Origin: Candidatus Saccharimonadales bacterium
GTDB lineage: Bacteria; Patescibacteriota; Saccharimonadia; Saccharimonadales; JAXHNE01
Assembly (NCBI GenBank): GCA_038316995.1
Contig: JBBQAZ010000002.1
Span: 19 to 64,018 of the forward strand
Direction of reading: 5' to 3'
Length of the DNA: 64,000 nucleotides
Shown: positions 9,994 through 18,976 of the stretch, piece by piece
Layout of the letters: each line of letters starts with the position of its first letter
How positions within the stretch are numbered: position 1 is the stretch's first letter
Program-made: the position numbers and the translations under genes
Notes under the pieces: generated by a model
Told to the model about the DNA's origin: nothing
What the model saw: the letters and a program-made list of their open reading frames with translations, nothing else
Databases searched by the model: none

Positions 9994-10598
9994 TTTCAAA
10001 AAGATCACTACATCACTACCACTCTAAACTGCGACTACTTAAACCCAAAGTACTTATAGCAATGGTGCTTCTAAGCGCTTTCATTACTGCAGTGGCACTG
10101 CGTAGCAACAACGTGCAGATGCTTCGTTTGCGTGAAGCTGTTTTTGCTGCAGACGAGCGGGGTGAAGGCGTAGAAGAATCTCTCAACGAACTGCGTAACT
10201 ATGTGTATGCGCATATGAACACTGATCTTAATAGTGGTGGTGTTTCTATTAAACCGCCAATACAGCTTAAAAATACTTATGAACGACTGATCGATAAGGA
10301 AAAGACTAAAATTGAACAAAAAAACAAACAGACCATTGCTGAAGCACCTGGAATTTGTGAATCACAATTTGGAGCAGGTCAGATTCTCGCTCGTGCCGCA
10401 TGCGTAGATGATTATATAGCCAAGAACACACTAAAAAGCGGAGACACAGTTCCTAAGGAGCTTTACCAGTTCGATTTTGCTTCACCCTCATGGTCCCCTG
10501 ACTTTGCCGGCATCATGTTGATTGTTACCTTGGTTTTAATGAGCTTATTGTTTGTACGGTTAGTACTAGGTGCTTTCTTTGTATATGAACTACACTAA
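9990..10598 (+). CDS. hypothetical membrane protein (N- and C-terminal TM helices)
   Basis: ORF translationally coupled to the MFS gene. TM at VLIAMVLLSAFITAVAL and at the C-terminus. Confidence 0.55.
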   Translation: MISKRSLHHYHSKLRLLKPKVLIAMVLLSAFITAVALRSNNVQMLRLREAVFAADERGEGVEESLNELRNYVYAHMNTDLNSGGVSIKPPIQLKNTYERLIDKEKTKIEQKNKQTIAEAPGICESQFGAGQILARAACVDDYIAKNTLKSGDTVPKELYQFDFASPSWSPDFAGIMLIVTLVLMSLLFVRLVLGAFFVYELH

Positions 10599-10626
10599 AA
10601 AACCCGCCTAGCTGGCGGGTTTTTTA
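10599..10626. terminator. bidirectional Rho-independent terminator
   Basis: aaaaACCCGCCtagctGGCGGGTttttt sits between convergent genes. Confidence 0.75.
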
Positions 10627-10652
10627 AACTTGAGCTTAAAGCTCTGCTGCGT

Positions 10653-11360
10653 TTAGTTTCCTAAATCAGCGCCGCTTCCATTACTGTTACCGTTTGTGCC
10701 GGTTCCAGCTTCGGTTGTGGTTGTTGTTCCTGCGCTGCCCGCTGATGGGGTAGTAGCATTATTATTTGTTGCGCCAGCATTTGCTTCCTGACATTCTTGT
10801 CCGTTTGGAAAGTCAGTTCGATACTTCTTAACAGCGCCTGGAACGGTGTTTTCACCCGCTTCGTCTTTAAGGTTCTCCCAGAATACAACCTGGCTTCTGT
10901 TTATGAGCATTTCATTTGATGGACGGTGCAATTCACAACCGAGCTTCACGAGTGAAATGTCATTTTGAGCCGCTTGTTGTGTTCCTTCTTGGTTTGGTTG
11001 CACGACCTGGTTAACTCGTAGGTAAAATATGTTCTCCATACGAATATACTTGTCGTTCAGATCACTGATATTACCAAAGTAAACCTGACCACCATTCAAG
11101 AAGACTGCCTGTAGTTTTCCATCTTCTACGTAGGTTTTTTCACTCTTTGGTCCTATAGCAAAAGATGCTGCAAGAGCCACTAAAAGAATCGTCATTGAAA
11201 ACAGTAAAATTACTGAAGTAATGCGAATTCCTTTTGAATCCCCTTCATTCCTACCAAATCTTTTTTTCTTTTGAGGCGCTTGTCCGTGCACATTTGTTTG
11301 TGGTTGCGGTCCAGCTTGTTGAGGTGCGGCATTTTGATTGCTGCGGTTCATAAATTCCAT
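10653..11360 (-). CDS. hypothetical membrane-anchored protein with low-complexity termini
   Basis: 235-aa ORF: Gln/Pro-rich N-terminus, one TM (ITSVILLFSMTILLVALAASFAI), Thr/Gly/Asn-rich tail. Confidence 0.55.
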   Translation of the reverse strand: MEFMNRSNQNAAPQQAGPQPQTNVHGQAPQKKKRFGRNEGDSKGIRITSVILLFSMTILLVALAASFAIGPKSEKTYVEDGKLQAVFLNGGQVYFGNISDLNDKYIRMENIFYLRVNQVVQPNQEGTQQAAQNDISLVKLGCELHRPSNEMLINRSQVVFWENLKDEAGENTVPGAVKKYRTDFPNGQECQEANAGATNNNATTPSAGSAGTTTTTEAGTGTNGNSNGSGADLGN

Positions 11361-11509
11361 ATGATTTTTTCCACCTTTTTACATAAATTTTGTTACAACC
11401 TTCAGTGTACTGCATAAGCGCATTAGTCTGCAACCTTAAATTGTAATTTTTAATTCATGGTTAACAGGGGTGAAGATATATTACAGAGGTCACCCTGTGG
11501 GAAAAGTTA

Positions 11510-11539
11510 TTGACAAGTGAAACTCCCCAAGCGTATGGT
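11510..11539 (+). promoter_or_regulatory. candidate sigma70-type promoter
   Basis: TTGACA at 11510-11515, 18-nt spacer, TATGGT at 11534-11539, about 40 nt upstream of the ATG at 11579. Confidence 0.35.
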
Positions 11540-11578
11540 AGAGGCACTACTACTTAAGTAAGAGAGGGACATGTAACA

Positions 11579-11776
11579 ATGGCTTACAAGCACACAAACT
11601 CCAAAGGAGTAACATACTACCTTAACAGCAAGTTGGTAACACTTCGCGGCGGTAAAGAACAACGAATTTACTATTTCAGCAAGGACGATCGTCCAGAGGC
11701 ATCTGATCTTCCTGAAGGCATGACTGTAAACGAAAACCCACGGAACGGCTTCCTTACTGTAAAGCGCATCAAATAA
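11579..11776 (+). CDS. small (65 aa) basic hypothetical protein
   Basis: ORF with GAGAGGGA SD-like box upstream and its own terminator downstream. Confidence 0.55.
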   Translation: MAYKHTNSKGVTYYLNSKLVTLRGGKEQRIYYFSKDDRPEASDLPEGMTVNENPRNGFLTVKRIK

Positions 11777-11804
11777 AGCGTAGTACCACTAAGGTATAAA
11801 TATG

Positions 11805-11836
11805 CCGATCAGGGATGAAGCCCTGGTCGGTTTTTT
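11805..11836 (+). terminator. Rho-independent terminator
   Basis: CCGATCAGGGatgaagCCCTGGTCGG followed by tttttt. Confidence 0.75.
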
Positions 11837-11894
11837 ATTTGAACAGAATCACAAAGTAGAAAATTTTAGTTACGAATCAAGTAGGTTAAGTCCA

Positions 11895-13469
11895 TTACTG
11901 TTGTTCAAGCTGTGAGGGCATAAGTGGCCCGGCTGTTGTGTCCCCAATGAGACGCTTATACATTAGCTCAGCGCTAATTAGAGTGATTGGCATTCCGATT
12001 CCCGGATTGGTACCGGCCCCTACGTAATAGAGTTTATCAACCTTTTTACTGATGTTGTTCGGTCTGAATATAGCAGTTTGTTTTAGGGTGTGCGCAAGAC
12101 CAAGCGCCGTGCCTTCTTGACTGTTATATCGAGCAGCAAAATCTTTTACACTAAACAGTCGTTTATAGACAATTTTATCTCTTAAGCCAGGCAAGTCCAT
12201 GTCATCTTCCATGGTTGAAAGAATTTTGTCGGCGTATTTTTCAAGTTGTTTCGTGGTGTAGGTTAGTCCAGGAGCAATCGGGACCAGAACAAACAAGTTT
12301 TCATGTCCTTTTGGTGCAACCGATGGATCTGTTTTGCTTGGGTTGCAGATGTAAAGACTTGGGTCGTTTGGCCACTGAGGGTTATCAAATATTTCAGAAA
12401 AATTCTTCTTCCAGTCTTGGCTGAAAAGTAAATTATGATGGGTCAAGGAGGGAAGATTACCTTTTACACCCAAATACATTATTAGGGCGCTGGGCGCCAG
12501 AGTTCTTTTGTCCCAGTATTTTTTAGACTTAGTCCGATATTTTGGCTCTAGTAGTTCCTGTTCTGTATGATGGATATCCGCGTTACTGATTATTATGTCC
12601 GCAAACAGCTCCTTGCCACCTTTGAGTTTTACTCCAACAGCCGTCGCGTCTTTCACAATAATTTTATCTACAGCAGTGTTGAGCTTAAACTTTGCTCCGT
12701 GTTTACGCGCAATGCTCGCAAGCGCCTCTGTTATTTTGTAAATCCCACCCTGCGGGTAGTAGACGCCCATACTGAAATCTATATGACTCATAATGTTATA
12801 AATTGCAGGAGTGTTATAGGGGCTTGAGCCCAAAAAAACTAGCGGGTACTGCATTATTTTTTGCATTTCATCAGTTTTGAAGAATTTTCCTACGTAGCGG
12901 TCCATGTTTGTTAGGACACTTAGTTTTCGTCCTTCAACTGCCATTTCTTTGGTAAAAAAATCACGTACAGAGTCATAGTTTTTATACATGAAACGGTCTT
13001 TAGCGACGCTATATTGATACTCTGCTTGGTCAAGGTAACGCTTTAGCGCATCGCTTGCGCCGGGTTCTAGCGCTTCTACAGTTTTTAAATCTTTACTTAG
13101 ATCAGAATAAATATCAACTTGTTTGTCTGCATCTTTGTAGAAAATTCTATAGCTTGGTCCAAGTTTTTTAAGGTTTAGGTGTCTATGGACATCCTCCCCA
13201 AGAATATTAAAAAAATGCTCAAAAACATCGGGCATCAAGTACCAACTTGGACCCATGTCAAAGGTAAATGTACCTGTTTTATTTTGTTTTCCGGTGGAAA
13301 CTTGCCAAGTGCCATACGTGTCTTTCGATACAGAAAATACACTTGCTCGACCACCGACCATCTCGTTCTTTTCAATAACAGTTACGTCGTATCCACTCTT
13401 TGAAAGCAAGCAAGCAGCACCAAGCCCACCAAAACCAGAGCCAATAATTATGGCTGTTTTAGTTTTCAT
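11895..13469 (-). CDS. phytoene desaturase-family FAD oxidoreductase (CrtI/CrtD-like carotenoid desaturase)
   Basis: N-terminal dinucleotide fold AIIIGSGFGGLGAACLLSKSGYDVTVIEKNEMVGGRA, 524 aa, C-terminal YYVGAGTNPGIGMP typical of the CrtI family. Confidence 0.75.
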   Translation of the reverse strand: MKTKTAIIIGSGFGGLGAACLLSKSGYDVTVIEKNEMVGGRASVFSVSKDTYGTWQVSTGKQNKTGTFTFDMGPSWYLMPDVFEHFFNILGEDVHRHLNLKKLGPSYRIFYKDADKQVDIYSDLSKDLKTVEALEPGASDALKRYLDQAEYQYSVAKDRFMYKNYDSVRDFFTKEMAVEGRKLSVLTNMDRYVGKFFKTDEMQKIMQYPLVFLGSSPYNTPAIYNIMSHIDFSMGVYYPQGGIYKITEALASIARKHGAKFKLNTAVDKIIVKDATAVGVKLKGGKELFADIIISNADIHHTEQELLEPKYRTKSKKYWDKRTLAPSALIMYLGVKGNLPSLTHHNLLFSQDWKKNFSEIFDNPQWPNDPSLYICNPSKTDPSVAPKGHENLFVLVPIAPGLTYTTKQLEKYADKILSTMEDDMDLPGLRDKIVYKRLFSVKDFAARYNSQEGTALGLAHTLKQTAIFRPNNISKKVDKLYYVGAGTNPGIGMPITLISAELMYKRLIGDTTAGPLMPSQLEQQ

Positions 13470-14145
13470 GTTCGTTCTTGAATTGCTGTTTCTCCAAAAA
13501 GATTACTGCAAATATTAGGAGGGCGTATGCAGCTCCTACTCCAAATGGAATTTTCTGAGCTATTCCAGCATTAACTCCTGTCCAAAATAGTAGAATTGCG
13601 AATCCACTATATGCGACAGGTGCTTTGACTCGCTCTGCTTTCCCCCAAAGTATGTGGAGTATTAGCGCTCCAATGAGTCCGCTAAGTAGCCATCCAGCAA
13701 AGTTAATCAATGGAACGCCGTAAAAACTACCAGGGCTATCCCATTTCCAAAATTCAAGTTTTACTATTGCTGGGTCCAACACTACGTCTACAATGGTCGC
13801 GAATATTGCCGTAAGAATAACCCGAGGGAAGTGTCTTGTGAATTTGCTTGCGAGCCAGAATGCTATTAATAGTATTGGCGGATATGCAAACGCTACTGCC
13901 CAAGGAGTTGTGCCAAGTAGTTTTGGACCCAGTACATCCGTGTAGCTAAATCTACCGTATGGAATACCAGTTTTAATTGCTGCAGTCTCAACGGCCAATG
14001 CGTAGATACCAAGCACGACTAAGATTAGGAGTCCAATTAGCTTTCTTTGCTTGATAACGCCGAAGTAACTAGGTAATGCAAAAAGTAAAATCCCAATAAT
14101 TGGGGCAAACGTAGCAATAACATTTGGTATGTTTCCTGGATTCAT
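13459..14145 (-). CDS. carotenoid biosynthesis membrane protein, CruF-like (DUF422/PF04240-type)
   Basis: Polytopic membrane protein with GIPYGRFSYTD and DPAIVKLEFWKWD...GVPLINFAGW motifs recalled from the CruF family. ATG at 14145 preferred. Overlaps the desaturase start by 11 nt. Confidence 0.6.
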   Translation of the reverse strand: MNPGNIPNVIATFAPIIGILLFALPSYFGVIKQRKLIGLLILVVLGIYALAVETAAIKTGIPYGRFSYTDVLGPKLLGTTPWAVAFAYPPILLIAFWLASKFTRHFPRVILTAIFATIVDVVLDPAIVKLEFWKWDSPGSFYGVPLINFAGWLLSGLIGALILHILWGKAERVKAPVAYSGFAILLFWTGVNAGIAQKIPFGVGAAYALLIFAVIFLEKQQFKNEHEN

Positions 14146-14162
14146 TGATACAATTATCGCAC

Positions 14163-15011
14163 ATGAGCAAGTCACAACGAAGTCCACTTTTGCGTATTAG
14201 CCGGCCACGGTTTTGGGGGTATCTCTTTGGTCCGTTTTTAATAGGTATTGCCAGCGCCCCGGTAATTGATGCTTCTGTGCGGCTCGTATTACTAGGGTTA
14301 TTTTTTACATTTCCGGCAAATTTACTAGTCTATGGATTTAATGACATTTTTGATTACGAAACAGATAAACATAATGAAAAAAAGAAAGGATATGAAGGCT
14401 TACTTTCGCCAAAATCTCGAAAACCGCTTCTAAATATTCTAGCGGTAGTTGGTATGGCTGGGATTCTTTTGGTTTTGCCAAGCAGTGTATCCCAGGAGGT
14501 AAAGTGGGCAATGACTGGATTTTACTTCTTTGGACTTGGCTATTCTGTACCGCCAATTCGTGCCAAAACAAAACCTTTTTTTGATGCTTACTTTAACGTT
14601 TTATATATCTTTCCAGCAGTTGTGAGTTACACATTTTTAGCAGGTGAACTGCCACTTCCACAACTTTTCGTAGCAGGCGCATTGTGGTGTGCGGCTATGC
14701 ATGCTTATTCTGCGATTCCAGATATCCGTGCAGATCAAAAAGCGGGACTAAAAACAATCGCAACTGTACTTGGCAAACAAAAAACATTGCTATTTTGTGC
14801 CATTAATTACATCGGCGCAGCACTATTATCGGCATCTTGGCTTGGTTGGTTTAGTTTTGCCGCTTTAAGCGTATATTTGTATATTTTGTATCAGTCGCAC
14901 AAAACAAATACTAGGCAGCAATTGTTCAGATATTATAGTTACTTTCCCATTGTAAATATGTCGCTAGGAATGGCACTATTTTTCTGGATTATACTAGTTG
15001 TAAATAGTTGA
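14163..15011 (+). CDS. UbiA-family prenyltransferase (lycopene elongase LyeJ/CrtEb-like by context)
   Basis: Asp-rich motif NDIFDYETD plus about 8 TM helices. Divergent from the CruF-like gene. ATG at 14163 preferred over TTG at 14124. Confidence 0.65.
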   Translation: MSKSQRSPLLRISRPRFWGYLFGPFLIGIASAPVIDASVRLVLLGLFFTFPANLLVYGFNDIFDYETDKHNEKKKGYEGLLSPKSRKPLLNILAVVGMAGILLVLPSSVSQEVKWAMTGFYFFGLGYSVPPIRAKTKPFFDAYFNVLYIFPAVVSYTFLAGELPLPQLFVAGALWCAAMHAYSAIPDIRADQKAGLKTIATVLGKQKTLLFCAINYIGAALLSASWLGWFSFAALSVYLYILYQSHKTNTRQQLFRYYSYFPIVNMSLGMALFFWIILVVNS

Positions 15012-15017
15012 CAAATG

Positions 15018-15026
15018 TGGTATAAT
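15018..15026 (+). promoter_or_regulatory. extended -10 element (TGgTATAAT), candidate leaderless-type promoter
   Basis: TGGTATAAT at 15018-15026, with only 6 nt between the -10 and the ATG at 15033. Confidence 0.4.
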
Positions 15027-15032
15027 GGCATC

Positions 15033-15290
15033 ATGAATCGAAGTCAATTAGAACAAGTCTTGAACGACAACATCCGAGATCACCAGATAGGTGGTATTAC
15101 TGATGGCATGACCCCAGAACAAGCATCTGATATTGGATTTGATACACCTGCGACAATAGAAGAAACATTAAAAAACATTTCTGAACGTAAAGTGGCCATT
15201 GCTCGATCTCTTGGTGGAGTTGTTTGTGGCGACTGCGGAAAAGTTTTTCCATGCCCGCACGGTGACGGTAAGCAAACTTTCGGAAATTAG
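15033..15290 (+). CDS. hypothetical protein (85 aa) with CGDCGKVFPCPHG motif
   Basis: ORF 15015-15290. The first codons coincide with the -10 box, so the ATG at 15033 is preferred. Confidence 0.45.
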   Translation: MNRSQLEQVLNDNIRDHQIGGITDGMTPEQASDIGFDTPATIEETLKNISERKVAIARSLGGVVCGDCGKVFPCPHGDGKQTFGN

Positions 15291-15291
15291 C

Positions 15292-16128
15292 ATGCCAAAA
15301 CAATTTTCCACAGGCATCTCGCCTGAACAGCATCATGAATTAATGGTTTCACAGGATGCTCGCGAGGAAAGACGACAAGAAATATTAGCTCAACTCCCGG
15401 TTGGGCCTGGAATGATTATTAGAGGACGTTCTCGAGATTTTACACAAAGTCTATATCCGCCAATGCCACTCTCGGATGGATTAATTGAAGATTTAGGTCT
15501 GCGTTTTCAGAAAATTGGGGGGATTATTACGAGCAAATTTACAGAAAATATACCCGTGCTTGAAAGCAGAGAGAAATACGAAACATATGTCACGGGTGGC
15601 AACAGGAACAACAAGCGCTACGAGACGGATCCGCTGGAAAAAAAGCAGGCGAATCTGGCTCGACAACGCCAAACGCAGCACGTTAGTGACAGGTTGCATC
15701 GTGAAACATGGCTAGAATGGCAGACTTCAAAGGTGTTAGGGGCAGCTACGAGCCGGGTTAAGCGCGATATAAAGCTGGGCAGAACGTTAAATGAAACGGC
15801 AGCTCATATTTCAGCGGCAGCGCTTGAGGATTTTGGACATTCATTGCTAGAAAGCGACTCATACCGCGAAATACATAACGGTGGAATTATTGCCCGGAGA
15901 ATTATTGAAACCGCATTACACGGTGCGGAAGACCACTCAATCCTAGCAGCAAATCCACCGGTCCTATTTTTACTCGTACAGCGTGAACAGGAGCGCAGAG
16001 AACAGCTTTGGGGCGATATGCTGGACTTGTACGAACAAGATGAATGGGGCGGTAATCGTAGAAGCTCTAATGACATAAGTGATGAACAAGTTAATCAGGA
16101 ATTGATAGTTAGCCTGAATGCATCGTAG
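15292..16128 (+). CDS. hypothetical protein (278 aa)
   Basis: ATG at 15292 lies 1 nt after the upstream stop (operon-like). No domain recognised. Confidence 0.5.
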   Translation: MPKQFSTGISPEQHHELMVSQDAREERRQEILAQLPVGPGMIIRGRSRDFTQSLYPPMPLSDGLIEDLGLRFQKIGGIITSKFTENIPVLESREKYETYVTGGNRNNKRYETDPLEKKQANLARQRQTQHVSDRLHRETWLEWQTSKVLGAATSRVKRDIKLGRTLNETAAHISAAALEDFGHSLLESDSYREIHNGGIIARRIIETALHGAEDHSILAANPPVLFLLVQREQERREQLWGDMLDLYEQDEWGGNRRSSNDISDEQVNQELIVSLNAS

Positions 16129-16142
16129 AATATAGTCTGCAT

Positions 16143-17084
16143 ATGAAACTAATTAAGAACTTACCGAAGCCGTTTTTTGTTTTGGCGCCAATGGACGATG
16201 TGACAGACACAACTTTTCGGCGTGTGGTGCATGAATGCGCGCCCGCAGACTTGTATATGACTGAATTTGCTAATGCTGATGGAATTCAGTCAGCGGGGAG
16301 AAAGGCAGTTATTAAAAAACTGTTGTTTCATGAAAGCGAAGGCCCACTTATTGCACAGATTTGGGGTGCAAAAGCAGAGAACTTTGAAAAAACCGCTCGT
16401 GAAGCCATGGAAATGGGATTTTTGGGCGTAGATCTTAACATGGGTTGCCCTGTAAAGAACGTCGTAAGCCGCGGGTTATGCTCTGGATTGATCGAAAACC
16501 GTGAGCATGCTCACGAACTCATCATTGCAGCCCAAAACGGCGCAGGAGCAGACAATGTTAGTATTAAAACCCGAATTGGCACTAAAAATTATGATGAATC
16601 ATGGATTCGTTTTTTGCTAGAACACAAGCCTCCGATGTTTACTGTGCATTTCCGCACAGTAAAAGAGTTATCTAAAGTGCCAGCCCACTGGGAGCTTGCG
16701 GCTGATATTGTAAAGCTGCGCGATGAAATTTCACCAGAAACACTGATTGTTGGTAATGGAGACGTTGAATCTCGGGAGCAGGGTGAAGAACTTGCAAAAG
16801 AGTCTGGTCTTGATGGAATTATGGTCGGACGCGGTATTTTCAAGGATCCTTATATATTTGCCAAAAACAGCACCTGGAACTCTGTAAGTGAAGCTGATAG
16901 GAAAGAGCTGTACGCAAAACACATTAGATTATTCAAAGAAGAGTGGGAAGGCAAAAAGAACCCAGCCTTGCTTAAAAAGTTTGCCAAGGTATATATAGCC
17001 GAGTTCGATGGCGCAAAAGAGCTGCGCGATAAACTCATGCACACAAATTCATTAGATGAACTCTTACAAGTATTGCTACACTAA
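16143..17084 (+). CDS. dus: tRNA-dihydrouridine synthase
   Basis: FVLAPMDDVTDTTFR, GVDLNMGCPV (catalytic Cys) and TIM-barrel FMN motifs. Confidence 0.8.
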   Translation: MKLIKNLPKPFFVLAPMDDVTDTTFRRVVHECAPADLYMTEFANADGIQSAGRKAVIKKLLFHESEGPLIAQIWGAKAENFEKTAREAMEMGFLGVDLNMGCPVKNVVSRGLCSGLIENREHAHELIIAAQNGAGADNVSIKTRIGTKNYDESWIRFLLEHKPPMFTVHFRTVKELSKVPAHWELAADIVKLRDEISPETLIVGNGDVESREQGEELAKESGLDGIMVGRGIFKDPYIFAKNSTWNSVSEADRKELYAKHIRLFKEEWEGKKNPALLKKFAKVYIAEFDGAKELRDKLMHTNSLDELLQVLLH

Positions 17085-17089
17085 GTAGC

Positions 17090-17611
17090 ATGATGAATCA
17101 CGAAGATGAACATGTTCATTTAGGACATGAAACTGAAGAATCAAAAAAAGAATACCTGAAATTCGCAGGAGTAATTGGTGGAATATTTGTCACCGCTGTT
17201 TTTCTGGCGTGGGCGCGTGGATTTGAATTACATCGATTCATGGGTGATTTTATGGCTGTGTTTTTTATCGTGTTCGCGACATTTAAGTTTGTTAATCTAG
17301 AGATGTTTTCTGTAACATATCAGTCGTATGACATCATAGCAAAACGTTTCCCAATTTGGGGCTACGCCTTTCCGTTTATTGAAGGAATTCTAGGTGTTGC
17401 ATATCTGTTGTTTGACCAAAATCAAACGCTTAATTTAATAACTATGCTAGTTACAGGAACTGCTGCAATAGGTGTTTTCAAGGAAGTACGCAATAAATCA
17501 AATATCATGTGCGCTTGTCTTGGAAACATAATTAAGCTGCCACAATCAAAGGTAAGTTTCATAGAAGATTTTGTGATGTTCAGCATGGCTCTCGCCATGA
17601 TTTTAGTCTAG
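17090..17611 (+). CDS. MauE/DoxX-like membrane protein
   Basis: Four TM helices with a C-terminal CACLG motif, resembling the MauE family. Weak call. Confidence 0.4.
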   Translation: MMNHEDEHVHLGHETEESKKEYLKFAGVIGGIFVTAVFLAWARGFELHRFMGDFMAVFFIVFATFKFVNLEMFSVTYQSYDIIAKRFPIWGYAFPFIEGILGVAYLLFDQNQTLNLITMLVTGTAAIGVFKEVRNKSNIMCACLGNIIKLPQSKVSFIEDFVMFSMALAMILV

Positions 17612-17681
17612 CGTTGATTCTGCCAGACTTGCACAGGTCTGTATAATAAATAGAGCGTATTAATTTAGGAGGGAAACTACA

Positions 17682-18551
17682 ATGACATATACCTATTATC
17701 AAGGTGCGGTAAAAGAGCGGATGAGCAAACTTGCTTTACTTGCGATAGCACTGCTTTTTGGAGCGACTGCAGCAATCGGAGTTTTTGCTCCAGTACATGC
17801 TGAGACAAACATTATCAAAGTTACGCAAAGTGATCCACAAGGTTGGCAAGAATATAGCGTACGTGGTAATGGGTTAAGTAGTATAGATGGTATAGCTGAT
17901 AGTCAAGGCGGTACTTCGTCACTTCAACAGTCATTTAGCGACTCAACAGGCAAGACGAATTTTGGAGTAGAATTGGATAATTTTGGCGCAGTAGATGAAT
18001 TACAAAATCTAAGTTTTGAATGGTATCGAGATAGCAGTAGTACTGCCCCGGATCATCTAACTCCAGCTGTTGGAGTTTATGTTTCAGATGGCGATGGTAA
18101 CTCATGGCTACTAAAATGGGAAGGTACTTATAACGGCTATCCTACTAGCGGTCCGGCAGCACCAACAGATGAATGGACTCAAGAAGACCTGTTGTCTGCC
18201 AATTACTGGAGAATCCCACAACTCGTTGATGGTGTTTTTGTGGGCTTTAATGGCTGTAACGCACCCGGTAATACTTACGAATGTTTTCAATTTGATCGTA
18301 GCTTGAATGATGACTGGCTTGAAGGATTTGAAATAGATGGTATCGAGATAGGTATCGGGTCTGGTTGGAATGGATCATTCCTATCATATGCAGACTTAGT
18401 CACAGTGAATGACACTACTTACGATTTTGAACTAGATACAGTTAACCCAACAACTAAAGATGACTGTAAAAAAGGTGGATATGCTGACTTTGGCTTTAGT
18501 AACCAAGGGCTATGCATCCAGTTCGTAAACACTGGTCGCGATAGTCGATAA
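17682..18551 (+). CDS. secreted hypothetical protein
   Basis: Strong SD (GGAGGG) precedes the ATG. Signal-peptide-like LALLAIALLFGATAAIGVFAPVHA. Confidence 0.6.
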   Translation: MTYTYYQGAVKERMSKLALLAIALLFGATAAIGVFAPVHAETNIIKVTQSDPQGWQEYSVRGNGLSSIDGIADSQGGTSSLQQSFSDSTGKTNFGVELDNFGAVDELQNLSFEWYRDSSSTAPDHLTPAVGVYVSDGDGNSWLLKWEGTYNGYPTSGPAAPTDEWTQEDLLSANYWRIPQLVDGVFVGFNGCNAPGNTYECFQFDRSLNDDWLEGFEIDGIEIGIGSGWNGSFLSYADLVTVNDTTYDFELDTVNPTTKDDCKKGGYADFGFSNQGLCIQFVNTGRDSR

Positions 18552-18588
18552 CAAATAACTGCACGAGTGTTTAGTTAACTCGCTAAAT

Positions 18589-18624
18589 AAACAGAGCTCT
18601 CGGTTGAGAGCTCTGTTTAGTTTT
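18589..18624 (+). terminator. Rho-independent terminator
   Basis: ACAGAGCTCTcggttgAGAGCTCTGT followed by ttagtttt. Confidence 0.7.
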
Positions 18625-18643
18625 AAAACGACTACTGTAACTT

Positions 18644-18751
18644 CTAAACTCTATCCATGACCTTTTTTCTTAAATCAGCCCAATCATCTCTGAAACTCTT
18701 GGGCATATGGTTAAACTGTTCATTTGCAATTTCATTCCATTTTCTACGCAT
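18644..18751 (-). CDS. possible 35-aa small protein
   Basis: Hand translation gives MRRKWNEIANEQFNHMPKSFRDDWADLRKKVMDRV*. AGGAGG lies 4 nt upstream of the ATG. Confidence 0.25.
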   Translation of the reverse strand: MRRKWNEIANEQFNHMPKSFRDDWADLRKKVMDRV

Positions 18752-18851
18752 AATTCCTCCTTATGACATGAACAACTATAACCTTAAAGGATTTCAGTGT
18801 CTGTAAGATTAGTCACATATACGATGATAGGCAATCTACTTGAATTCAGTA

Positions 18852-18927
18852 TGGTGGGGGCGGTAGGATTTGAACCTACGACCAATCAGTTATGAGCCGA
18901 CTGCTCTAACCACTGAGCTACGCCCCC
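18852..18927 (-). tRNA. tRNA with CAT anticodon (elongator Met or lysidine-modified Ile2)
   Basis: The reverse complement folds as a cloverleaf: GGGGGCG acceptor, GCTC/GAGC D-stem (C11:G24), CTCATAA loop, GTAGG-TTCAAAT-CCTAC T-arm, encoded CCA. Confidence 0.85.
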
Positions 18928-18976
18928 ATACAAATGTGTGGTTAACAGAGACGAGTATACCAGATTTTAGAAAATA

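Noticed and set aside
15008-15013. TTGACA upstream of the 15021 TATAAT box as its -35 element.
   Set aside because: It is only 7 nt from the -10 and cannot serve that promoter. The extended -10 TG is the better explanation.
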